From contig CAZBBK010000004.1 in the NCBI GenBank assembly GCA_964490075.1, forward strand, positions 1-64,000: 64,000 bases of DNA, in the 5' to 3' direction. Each line of letters opens with the position of its first letter. Positions within the stretch are counted from its first letter, which is position 1. This document shows, one piece after another, positions 21,331 to 30,008 of this stretch. This stretch comes from an uncultured Gemmatimonadota bacterium. Lineage in GTDB: Bacteria > GCA-2686955. Both the position numbers and the translations under genes were made by a program. The notes beneath the pieces were generated by a model, which did not search any database, was not told the origin of the DNA, and was given only the letters and a program-made list of their open reading frames with translations.

Positions 21331-22596
21331 TCAAATCACCGTTCCGGGCGGCACCACCGTGTTCTTCGGGATCACCACCACGCCATCGCGCACCACGTGG
21401 GTATCGGACTCGAAGTCGGGTCGATCGTCTCCGCCGCGAATGATGCAGCCGTCGCCGATCTGAGCGTTCTTGTCGATGATGGCGGAATCGATCTCGCAGT
21501 CGCGCCCGATCCCGTAGGAAACTTCGCGCGGCGGGCGCTCGGCCGGAAAGAAGTCCATTCCCAGCAGCACCGAGTTCTGGATCCTGGCTCCGGAGCGCAC
21601 GATGGAGCGGATCCCCACCACCGAGCTGGTGATGTCTGCCCGCATGATGCGGCAGCCTTCGCCGACCAGAGCGTTGTCGATGCGCGAATCGAACACCTTC
21701 GACGCCGGCAGGAAGCGCCGACTGGTGTAGACCGGCCGGCGCAGATCGAAGAAGTCGAAGGGCGCATTCGCAGAGGCCAACGACACATTGGTCTTGTGGA
21801 AGGCACCGATGGTTCCGATGTCTTCCCAGTAACCCTCGAAGGGATACGCGGCGATCTCCATCTCCGAGAGCACCCCCTCGAAGATGTCTTTGCCGAAATC
21901 GAGCTTGGCCTCGTCCTGCAAGATCGCCACCAGCGCCTCTCGATCAAAGGCGTAGATCCCCATCGACGCCAGGTAGACCTCCTCGCCCGGATCGGAAATC
22001 CCCAGCACCGAGAGCGACGCCGCGGGCACTCGAAAGCGCTCCAGCACGGCGGGATCTTGCGGCTTCTCCACGAACTCCCGCACCAGGCCGCCGCGGCCGA
22101 CCCGGACCAGCCCGAAGCGCGAAGTGTCGGCCCGACCGACGGGGATCACCGACAAGGTAATGTCCGCCTTGGTTTCGCGGTGGTAGCCGATCAGGTGCTC
22201 GGCGCGCATGCGGTAGAGCTGATCCCCGGAGAGAACCAGAATCTGTCTGTAGTTGGATCGATCGATGCGCCGCAGGTTCTTGCGAATCGCGTCGGCCGTG
22301 CCCTGGTACCAGGCATCCGACTCAGGCGTCTGCTCGGCGGCCAGGATCTCCACGAAGCCGGGCATGAAGCCATCGAATCGGTAGGCGCGGTGGATGTGCG
22401 TGACCAGCGAGGCGGAGTTGAACTGCGTCAACACGAAAATCTGCCGCAGCCCCGAGTTGATGCAGTTGGCGATCGGAATGTCGATCAGACGGTACTTGCC
22501 GCAGAGGGGGACGGCTGGCTTGCATCGATCGCGGGTCAGGGGATACAGGCGGGTGCCCCGACCGCCGCCCAGAATCACTGCAAGTACGTCGTCCAT
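21331..22596 (-). CDS. glgC: Glucose-1-phosphate adenylyltransferase
   Basis: ILGGGRGTRLYPLT, KPAVP, WYQGTADA, LSGDQLY, FVEKP and YWEDIGTI. GGAGG RBS. Confidence 0.97.
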   Translation of the reverse strand: MDDVLAVILGGGRGTRLYPLTRDRCKPAVPLCGKYRLIDIPIANCINSGLRQIFVLTQFNSASLVTHIHRAYRFDGFMPGFVEILAAEQTPESDAWYQGTADAIRKNLRRIDRSNYRQILVLSGDQLYRMRAEHLIGYHRETKADITLSVIPVGRADTSRFGLVRVGRGGLVREFVEKPQDPAVLERFRVPAASLSVLGISDPGEEVYLASMGIYAFDREALVAILQDEAKLDFGKDIFEGVLSEMEIAAYPFEGYWEDIGTIGAFHKTNVSLASANAPFDFFDLRRPVYTSRRFLPASKVFDSRIDNALVGEGCRIMRADITSSVVGIRSIVRSGARIQNSVLLGMDFFPAERPPREVSYGIGRDCEIDSAIIDKNAQIGDGCIIRGGDDRPDFESDTHVVRDGVVVIPKNTVVPPGTVI

Positions 22597-22840
22597 CGCG
22601 CCTCCATGTCGCCGAGATCGAAGGGGAGAACGCGTCCTGTCGCTCGGCGCCGGCTTCGAGCAGTATCGGCGCCAGCATAGCGCGATCGCACAGGGGCAGG
22701 ATCGAATTCCTCCGCCCAGCGGCGGCGATTCACGGGAGAAATGCGGGCTGGCGTCCATCACGCGGGGAATCTACCCTTGCCACGCCTTGGCGAATCGCCG
22801 CCAGCCATCGCCGACGCCGCCCCACCTCGCGAGGACTCTC

Positions 22841-23797
22841 TTGGTCAGTCGCTCAGAGCGCATCCGCCTGGGACTTTTTCTGGTCGTGGCAACATCTCTC
22901 CTGGTCGCCGCGCTCGCGATCCTGTCGGGTGCCCGGTTCCTCGAAGACCGCGACCAGTACACGGTCCGCTTCACCGGCGCGTCGGTCGCCGGCCTGGAGA
23001 TCGGAGCCGACGTGCGCTACCAGGGCGTGCGGGTCGGGCGCGTGCAAGACATCACCATCGACACATCCGATCTGCAGACCGTGATCGTCAGCCTGTCGCT
23101 ACGCTCGGGCACGCCGATTCGGGTCGACACCGAGGCGACCTTGCAGTTCCAGGGAATCACCGGTCTCAAGATGATCGAGCTGCGAGCCGGAGATCCGCTC
23201 AGTCCGGCCCTGGAGTCCGGCAGCACCATTCCCGCCAGCACCACCCTGGTGGAGCGCATGGGGGAGCGCGCCGAGCGCATCGCCGACCGATTGGAGCTGG
23301 TGCTCGAGGGGCTCGCCGGGGTGGTCGATGCCGACAATCGCGGCACCATGGAATCGTTGCTGCTGACTCTGCACGAAGCCGCCGACAGCCTGGGCCGGGC
23401 AAGCGGCCGCTTCCGGCACCTGGTGGATCGCACCGAAGGTCTGACCACCAGCACCCAAGGTCTGATCGCACACGCCGACTCGATCCTGCGCAGCACCGAC
23501 CTGACGCAGACCCTCTCGAACCTGGCCTCCGCCAGCCGCGACCTCGACGCCGCCAACCTCGATTCCCTGGCCGGCGTCGCCACCACCGCGCTCTCCGAGG
23601 CCGAGCGCGCCTTCACCCATCTCGACCTGGTTCTGGTGCAGAGCCGCGAAGACATCTTGCGATCGACCGAGAGCCTGCGCGAAGGAGCCGACCACATGAA
23701 CGAGTTCGCGCGCCTGATCGCCGAAGACCCCTCGCGAATCCTGCGCGGGACCAGCGAGTTGGAGATCGACGCACCCTGGGAGGAGGAACCGAGATGA
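22841..23797 (+). CDS. mlaD: MCE/MlaD-family protein with long helical C-terminus
   Basis: N-terminal TM, SVAGLEIGADVRYQGVRVGRV and QGITG. TTG start with GAGGA RBS. Confidence 0.9.
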   Translation: MVSRSERIRLGLFLVVATSLLVAALAILSGARFLEDRDQYTVRFTGASVAGLEIGADVRYQGVRVGRVQDITIDTSDLQTVIVSLSLRSGTPIRVDTEATLQFQGITGLKMIELRAGDPLSPALESGSTIPASTTLVERMGERAERIADRLELVLEGLAGVVDADNRGTMESLLLTLHEAADSLGRASGRFRHLVDRTEGLTTSTQGLIAHADSILRSTDLTQTLSNLASASRDLDAANLDSLAGVATTALSEAERAFTHLDLVLVQSREDILRSTESLREGADHMNEFARLIAEDPSRILRGTSELEIDAPWEEEPR

Positions 23798-24528
23798 GTC
23801 TGCGCCGCTTCTTCCCCATCCTCTGCCTGCCGGTCTTGCTGGGGAGCTGCCTGGGCTTGAGCGTCTCGCAGGCGACACCATCTCTGTACTTGATCGACCA
23901 TCCCATGTCGCTGCTCCCGGAGGTGCCCGACGAAGTCGACCCGCTGCCCTACCGGGTGCGCATCCGCGATGTCGAGTTCCCGCGCGTACTGGACCGCAAT
24001 CGCATCGTCTATCGGCACTCTCCCAATCGTCTCAACTACTACCGCTATCACCAGTGGGCGGTGCCCCCTCGCACCATGGTGAGCGACGTACTGGCAAGGC
24101 ACGTGGCGGCGGCCGGAGTCTTCGAAGAAGTGAGGCGCCAGTTCACCGAGAAACAACCCGATCTGGAGATCCGCGGCGCCCTGCACGCTCTGGAGCGCCT
24201 CGAAGGTGGCGAGTTCGGCGCCGCGCACCTGGCCATGAACCTGCGGCTGATGCGGCGCACCGACGCCAAGGAGCTCGCCTACCACGAGTTCGACCGCGAG
24301 GCACGCCTGCACACCGCGTCGATGACCTTCTTCGCGCAGACCATCTCGAGGCTGCTCGCCGAGGAGACCGCGATCTTCTTGCAGCGAATCTGGGAGCGCT
24401 TCGGCGTGGACTGCGAACTGCCCGGTGTCGCCCCTCCCGTCCCCGGGGCGGAGCGCGACGACAGCGGCTATCGAATCATCCCCTTGCCTCGAAGCCGTCG
24501 GATCGAGGAGCAGGAAGACACACCATGA
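23794..24528 (+). CDS. PqiC-like ABC transport auxiliary lipoprotein
   Basis: Lipobox LGSC, LDRNRIVYR and YRYHQWAVPP. ATGA coupling. Confidence 0.85.
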   Translation: MSLRRFFPILCLPVLLGSCLGLSVSQATPSLYLIDHPMSLLPEVPDEVDPLPYRVRIRDVEFPRVLDRNRIVYRHSPNRLNYYRYHQWAVPPRTMVSDVLARHVAAAGVFEEVRRQFTEKQPDLEIRGALHALERLEGGEFGAAHLAMNLRLMRRTDAKELAYHEFDREARLHTASMTFFAQTISRLLAEETAIFLQRIWERFGVDCELPGVAPPVPGAERDDSGYRIIPLPRSRRIEEQEDTP

Positions 24529-26102
24529 GCGGCCAGCTGCTGCTTTCGGCGTTGCTCGCGGGCGCGGCTCTCGGCGTCCAGCCCGCCGACCTGAACGTCG
24601 GATCCGACACCTGGGACACCCCCGATCCGCTGGCGCAGATCGAGCGCGAAGCGTTGGTCATTCCCTGGGGCGCGGGCACGGTCTTCCTTCCGGCGATGAC
24701 CGACCCCGACTACGAGCCATCCTATGCGGTCTATCGCGACGAGCAGTTGGTGCAGGTGCGGCGCACCGGGCGCAGCGCCGTGCTCGAACCCGGTCGCTAC
24801 GAAGTCCGCTGGGGCTCGGGCGACCTCACCCAGCGTCTGCGGCGAGAGGTCGAGGTCAAACGCGGGCATGTCAGCGTGATCGAGCCCGAGTGGTCGGCCC
24901 TGGTCGTCGAGGTGATCGACGAAACCCGCACCACCGTGGGCTACAGCTACGAGGTGGTGCGCCTGCCGGGCTACGCCTCGTACGGAGTCGGAAGATCGGC
25001 CGAAGAGGCTCTCGGCGAGCACCAGCTGACCTGGATCCTGCCGCCCGGCCTCTACAAGATCCTGCCGGTGGGCGAGGACTACAGCACCATCGTCAACTTC
25101 GCCACCGTGCGCCTGATTCCCGGCGAGCTCACCCAGATGAGCGTCGTGATCAACGAGATCACCGGCGATTTTCTGGGAGCGGGAACCCTCGCGCTGGCCC
25201 GCAGCCAGCGCGGGCGGGCGTCGCGCACCTATGCCGCCGGTCATGCCAACCTGCTCTTCGACCACCAGCGCGGCGGCGCCGAAGGTGTCTCTCGCCAAGA
25301 CCTGTCGTTCAGCGGCACGGCAGAGCTGCGCCACGTCTACGAAGGCGATCGCTACTCTCTTCTGATCAGAGGGCTGGGCGAAGAGGGCCTGAGCCGCGTG
25401 CCCGAGCTCGGCTGGCGAATCATCACCGACCGCTTCCTGGCGCGCGGTGTGTTGATACGCGAGCTCCGGCCGCGGGTCGGTCTCTACGCCCGTCTGCTGC
25501 TGGAGAACAAGGTCTTCTCGGGCCGCGTATACCTGGACGATCCCGCCGAGTTCCTCAAGATCGATCGCGACATGCAGCTGGTCGACTACGGCCGCGACGA
25601 TGAGATCGAGATTTCTCCGGCGGGCCTGCCGGTCACGCTGCAAGAGGGCTTGGGTGTCAACCTGATCGCACTCAAGAGCGAGCGTTCGAGTCTCTTCCTG
25701 CGCACCGGATACGGATTTCGGCAGACCATCAACCGCTCGGTCTTCGCCACCGAAGAGCCCACGCAGGCGCTGCTCGACGCGGTCGGTGCCGACACTCTGC
25801 TGGCCGATCCACAGAGCGCGAATCTGTACACCGAGCTGGAATCGGCCAGCCTCTACGGACTCGAAGAGTCGCTGGTGTTCGAAGCCCGGCTGGGGCGCAG
25901 GATCATTCTCGGCGCCGAGGCCGATCTACTGATTCCCCAGGGCGGAGGAAAGAACGTCGTCGATGCCGAAGGGACGGTGAACTTCCGCCTGGGAAAAGGG
26001 ATCTCGCTCTACTACTCGCTGCGCTATCTCGACGACGCGGCGATCGCCGAAGAGGCGCTGATCGACGGCACGGCGCGGCTGCGGTTCTCCTATGTCTTCT
26101 GA
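24525..26102 (+). CDS. Hypothetical exported protein, probable outer-membrane beta-barrel C-terminus
   Basis: Signal peptide, two PGxY Ig/PEGA-like units, amphipathic beta strands and terminal LRFSYVF. ATGA coupling. Confidence 0.65.
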   Translation: MSGQLLLSALLAGAALGVQPADLNVGSDTWDTPDPLAQIEREALVIPWGAGTVFLPAMTDPDYEPSYAVYRDEQLVQVRRTGRSAVLEPGRYEVRWGSGDLTQRLRREVEVKRGHVSVIEPEWSALVVEVIDETRTTVGYSYEVVRLPGYASYGVGRSAEEALGEHQLTWILPPGLYKILPVGEDYSTIVNFATVRLIPGELTQMSVVINEITGDFLGAGTLALARSQRGRASRTYAAGHANLLFDHQRGGAEGVSRQDLSFSGTAELRHVYEGDRYSLLIRGLGEEGLSRVPELGWRIITDRFLARGVLIRELRPRVGLYARLLLENKVFSGRVYLDDPAEFLKIDRDMQLVDYGRDDEIEISPAGLPVTLQEGLGVNLIALKSERSSLFLRTGYGFRQTINRSVFATEEPTQALLDAVGADTLLADPQSANLYTELESASLYGLEESLVFEARLGRRIILGAEADLLIPQGGGKNVVDAEGTVNFRLGKGISLYYSLRYLDDAAIAEEALIDGTARLRFSYVF

Positions 26103-27222
26103 TGCGCCGACCGAGGCGTGGGCCCGGATCGACACATCCGGAGTGACGCTCGGCGGAACGCTGACCAAAGAGACCGTTCCGCGCCTCTTCTCACAGCTCG
26201 AGCGGCAGGCGCCGAGCGTCTCCGCGGCGCTCGACCTGGCCCAGGTCACCGAGCTCGATTCCGCCGGGATCGCATTCGTGCTCGAGCTCGCCGCTCGGCT
26301 CGATTCGCCGCCCGACCACGACCCCGCGTTCGGTCTCGAAGAGCCGCATAGAGGCCGTTTGCTCGCCTTCCAGGCAGCTCCCCCCGCCGGCTTCGTGTCG
26401 AGCGCTCCGTCGCCGCCCGACTCGTCGATCTGGAACCGCTGGCTGGAGTCGCTCGGCCGGCACGGCCTGCGTCATGTCGCGGAAGCCCGCGATTTCCTGT
26501 TCTTGACTTCCAACGTCTTCACCTTCGGCTGCGCGGCGTTGCTGGGGCGAGGGCGAGCCAGGAAGGGCACCTTTTCCCGAGTCGCCGTGGCAATGGGCGT
26601 CGATGCAATGCCGGTGGTGCTGCTCATCGCCTTTCTGGTCGGCCTGGTCATGGCCCTGCAAGCCGCTGCCCAGCTGCGGCGTTTCGGCGCCAACATCTAC
26701 ATCGTCGACCTGGTCGGCATCTCCATGACGCGCGAAATGGGCGCCCTGATGACTGCCATCGTGCTGGCCGGACGCAGCGGATCGGCGATCGCAGCCGAGG
26801 TGGCCACGATGGTGGTCACCGAAGAGACCGACGCCCTGCGCAGCCTGGGGCTCGACCCCATCCGCTTCGTCGTTGTGCCGAGGTTTCTGGCGCTGATGTT
26901 GGTGACACCTTTGTTGACCTTCCTTGCGACCGGCATCGGCATCTTCGGCGGTTTCGTCGCCGCGATCGGCTACCTCGATCTGGCTCCTCAGGTCTTCGCC
27001 ACCGAGCTGATCGCCGCCGTCGAGCCGCGCGACCTGGTCGCCAGCCTGGCGAAGAGCGTCGTCTTCGCCTGGGTGATCGCGCTCCTCGGCAGCCACCAGG
27101 GATTCAAAGTGAAAGGTGGAGCCGAAGGGGTCGGCCGCGCCACCACGGCCGCGGTGGTGACATCGATCTTCGCGGTGATCATCGTCGATGCCGCCGCGGG
27201 AATGCTGCTCTATTTCGAATGA
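26092..27222 (+). CDS. mlaE: MlaE-family permease with N-terminal STAS domain
   Basis: LDLAQVTELDSAG, REMGALMTAIVLAGRSGS and GGAEGVGRATT. Confidence 0.93.
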   Translation: MSSDAPTEAWARIDTSGVTLGGTLTKETVPRLFSQLERQAPSVSAALDLAQVTELDSAGIAFVLELAARLDSPPDHDPAFGLEEPHRGRLLAFQAAPPAGFVSSAPSPPDSSIWNRWLESLGRHGLRHVAEARDFLFLTSNVFTFGCAALLGRGRARKGTFSRVAVAMGVDAMPVVLLIAFLVGLVMALQAAAQLRRFGANIYIVDLVGISMTREMGALMTAIVLAGRSGSAIAAEVATMVVTEETDALRSLGLDPIRFVVVPRFLALMLVTPLLTFLATGIGIFGGFVAAIGYLDLAPQVFATELIAAVEPRDLVASLAKSVVFAWVIALLGSHQGFKVKGGAEGVGRATTAAVVTSIFAVIIVDAAAGMLLYFE

Positions 27223-27232
27223 GGAGCCGCGC

Positions 27233-27982
27233 GTGAGCCAGGGGCGATGCCTGCTGTCGGTGAGCGGTCTCGAGGCCGGCTACGGCTCCATGCGCGTACT
27301 CGAGTCGATCTCGTTCGAGGTCGAGCGCGGCGAAATCGTGGCGATCCTCGGCGGCAGCGGATCGGGCAAGTCGACCCTGCTCAAAAATATGTTGCGGCTG
27401 GAGCAGCCGATCGGTGGACGGGTGGTGTTCCAGGGCACCGAGATCTCGACCCTCGACGAGTCCGAGCTCAACCGGGCTCGCCTGGGCATCGGCTTTCTGT
27501 TTCAAAACGGCGCGCTGCTGGGATCCCTTTCGGTCGCGGAAAATGTCGCCATGCCCCTGGAGATGCACAGCGACCTGCCGCCCCCGGTGATCGAGCGCCT
27601 GGTGCGGCTGCGCCTGCGGCAGGTCGGACTGGAAGGGGCCGACTCCCGCCTTCCCGCCGAGCTGTCGGGTGGCATGCGCAAACGCGCTGCCCTGGCCCGC
27701 GCGCTGATCCTCGATCCGCCCCTCTTGATCTGCGACGAGCCCTCCGCCGGCCTCGATCCGGTCAGCGCGCGCCGGCTCGACGACCTCTTGCTGCGGCTGC
27801 GCGACGACCTCGACACCACCCTGATCGTCGTCACCCACGAGGTCGACAGCATCCGCCGCATCGCCGACCGTCTGCTCTTTCTGGAGCGGGGGCGCGTGCT
27901 ATTCGAGGGAAGCGTCGATGAGGCGCGGCGCAGCGAGATCGATTCGGTGCGGGCCTTCTTCGCCGCGTCCGGCGGCGGCTGA
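27233..27982 (+). CDS. mlaF: MlaF-family ABC ATP-binding protein
   Basis: GGSGSGKS, LSGGMRKRAALARA and CDEPSAGLDP. Confidence 0.94.
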   Translation: MSQGRCLLSVSGLEAGYGSMRVLESISFEVERGEIVAILGGSGSGKSTLLKNMLRLEQPIGGRVVFQGTEISTLDESELNRARLGIGFLFQNGALLGSLSVAENVAMPLEMHSDLPPPVIERLVRLRLRQVGLEGADSRLPAELSGGMRKRAALARALILDPPLLICDEPSAGLDPVSARRLDDLLLRLRDDLDTTLIVVTHEVDSIRRIADRLLFLERGRVLFEGSVDEARRSEIDSVRAFFAASGGG

Positions 27983-28048
27983 GCGCCGCGAGGCGTGGTA
28001 TCGTGCGCTCTCCGCGAAAGGCACCCTGAGCCTCGCGAAAAGCCCAAC

Positions 28049-29350
28049 ATGATCCAGAAGGTCGCCGAATACGGAATCGTTGGTGCCGGAGGCGCCGGCT
28101 TCCCGACAGCCAAGAAGCTCGAGGGCAGGGCCGAGGCCGTCCTGGTCAACGCCGCCGAGTGCGAGCCCTTGCTCCACAAGGACAAAGAGATCCTGCAGCA
28201 CCACGCGGGCGAGGTCCTCGCTGGGCTCGAAGTGGCGATGCGCTGCGTGGGGGCCACGCGCGGCGTCATCGGCATCAAGGAGAAGTACGGGCACGTGATC
28301 GACGCCCTCACCCCCGCCTTGCCCGCCGGCGTCGAGATATTCCCCCTGCGCGACACCTACCCCGCCGGCGACGAGTTCATGCTCGTCTACGACATCCTGG
28401 GCAAGGTGATCGCGCCCGGAGGGCTTCCGCTGGATGTCGGAGCGCTGGTCAGCAACGTCGAGACCCTGGCCAACATCGGCTTCGCGCGGCCGGTCACGCA
28501 CAAGTACCTGACCGTCGGCGGAGCCGTGCGGAGCCCGATCTCGCTCCGAGTGCCGGTCGGAACGCCGCTCAGGCTGCTGGTCGAGGCCGGCGGCGGCGCC
28601 GCGGTCGACGACTGGGCGGCGCTGCTCAATGGCGCCATGATGGGCCAGCTGGTCGATGACCTGGATCGGCCGGTCACCAAGACCACCGGCGGGCTGATCG
28701 TACTGCCGGCCGATCACCCGCTGATCGCCCGCTACCGGCGCGGCGCGCGCGCGGTGGACCGCATCGGCCGCGCCGCCTGCGACCAGTGCAGCTTCTGCAC
28801 CGAGCTCTGCCCACGCTACCTGCTCGGCCACCCGATCGAGCCTCATAAAGCGATGCGCGCCCTGGGCTTCGCCCCGGACAAGGACGCCTGGATCGCCGGC
28901 AGCACCTATTGCTGTGAATGTAATCTCTGCAGCCTCTACTCGTGCCCCGAAGATCTCGATCCGCGCGATGTCTGCGTCAGTCAGAAACCGCTGGCGCGGG
29001 AGCGCGGGCTCGGCTGGCGCGGCGCGCCGCAGGAGATCGAGGCTCACCCCCTGATCGACGGCCGCAGAGTCCCCATGCAGAGGTTGATTCGCAGGCTCGG
29101 ACTGGCCGAGTTCCACAACGTGGGACCGCTGCGCCCCGAGCCGCTGGCGGTCGATTCGGTGACGCTGCCCTTGCGCCAGCACATAGGCGCACCCGCCGAG
29201 CCTTGCGTGCGCGATGGGCAGATCGTGCGCGAAGGCGACCTGGTCGCCGCCCCGCCCGCGGACCAGCTCGGCGCCCGGATCCACGCCAGCATCTCCGGCG
29301 TCGTCAGCGTGGCGGAAGAGAGCGTGATGATCGACGGAACGGACCGCTAA
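28049..29350 (+). CDS. pduS: PduS-like flavo-FeS oxidoreductase (RnfC-related)
   Basis: GAGGAGFPT, NAAECEP, YPAGDE, SLBB, two 4Fe-4S motifs (CDQCSFCTELCP; CCECNLCSLYSCP) and C-terminal LPLRQHIGAPA. Confidence 0.87.
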   Translation: MIQKVAEYGIVGAGGAGFPTAKKLEGRAEAVLVNAAECEPLLHKDKEILQHHAGEVLAGLEVAMRCVGATRGVIGIKEKYGHVIDALTPALPAGVEIFPLRDTYPAGDEFMLVYDILGKVIAPGGLPLDVGALVSNVETLANIGFARPVTHKYLTVGGAVRSPISLRVPVGTPLRLLVEAGGGAAVDDWAALLNGAMMGQLVDDLDRPVTKTTGGLIVLPADHPLIARYRRGARAVDRIGRAACDQCSFCTELCPRYLLGHPIEPHKAMRALGFAPDKDAWIAGSTYCCECNLCSLYSCPEDLDPRDVCVSQKPLARERGLGWRGAPQEIEAHPLIDGRRVPMQRLIRRLGLAEFHNVGPLRPEPLAVDSVTLPLRQHIGAPAEPCVRDGQIVREGDLVAAPPADQLGARIHASISGVVSVAEESVMIDGTDR

Positions 29351-29920
29351 GTGCCTCCTCGAAACCAGCTAAACGCGATCGGACTGATCGAATCCTCCAG
29401 CATCGGCATCGGCTTCTTGGCCGAGGACGAAATGCTCAAGGCCGCCGCCGTCGAGCTCCTGGTGGCGCGCACGATCTGCTCCGGCAAGTACCTCGTGGTG
29501 GTCGGCGGCGATGTCGCGGCGGTCAGCGCCAGCGTAGAAGCCGGAGCGGCCACCGCCCACGGTGCCTTGATCGAAGAGCGCATCATCCCCCGGATCCATC
29601 CCGACGTCTTCCCCGCCATCTCGATGGCCGTCGAGATCGAGCCCGCGGAGCTGCGCGCGCTGGGCATCATCGAGACCTTCTCGGCCTCGAGCATCGTAGA
29701 GGTGGCCGACGCGGCGGCCAAGGCGGCCGACGTAAAGCTGCTGCGCATCCACCTGGCAATGGCGCTCGGCGGCAAGGGATTCGTGCTCCTCTCCGGCGAG
29801 GTGGCGGCCGCGGAGGCAGCCGTCGCGGCGGGAACGGAGGTCGCGGCGAGCGAAGGGATCCTGGTCAGCCGGGTGGTGATCCCGGCGCCATCGCCCGAGC
29901 TGCTGCGCGAGCTGATCTGA
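29351..29920 (+). CDS. pduT: PduT-like tandem-domain BMC shell protein
   Basis: Two BMC domains (AIGLIE...MLKAAAVEL; ALGIIETFS...AAKAADV). TICSGKY keeps the FeS-ligating Cys position. Confidence 0.88.
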   Translation: MPPRNQLNAIGLIESSSIGIGFLAEDEMLKAAAVELLVARTICSGKYLVVVGGDVAAVSASVEAGAATAHGALIEERIIPRIHPDVFPAISMAVEIEPAELRALGIIETFSASSIVEVADAAAKAADVKLLRIHLAMALGGKGFVLLSGEVAAAEAAVAAGTEVAASEGILVSRVVIPAPSPELLRELI

Positions 29921-30008
29921 CCCGGTCGCAAGAAGCGGTTACTCTTGCGTACCCTCCCGCCAACGCGCCAGCGCATGGGACGAGCCGGTCTGCCACGTAC
30001 GCACATCC

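Noticed and set aside
28049-29350. rnfC/rsxC call
   Set aside because: No other rnf genes are adjacent, the sandwich domain is C-terminal and the partner is a BMC-T gene, all of which fits PduS.
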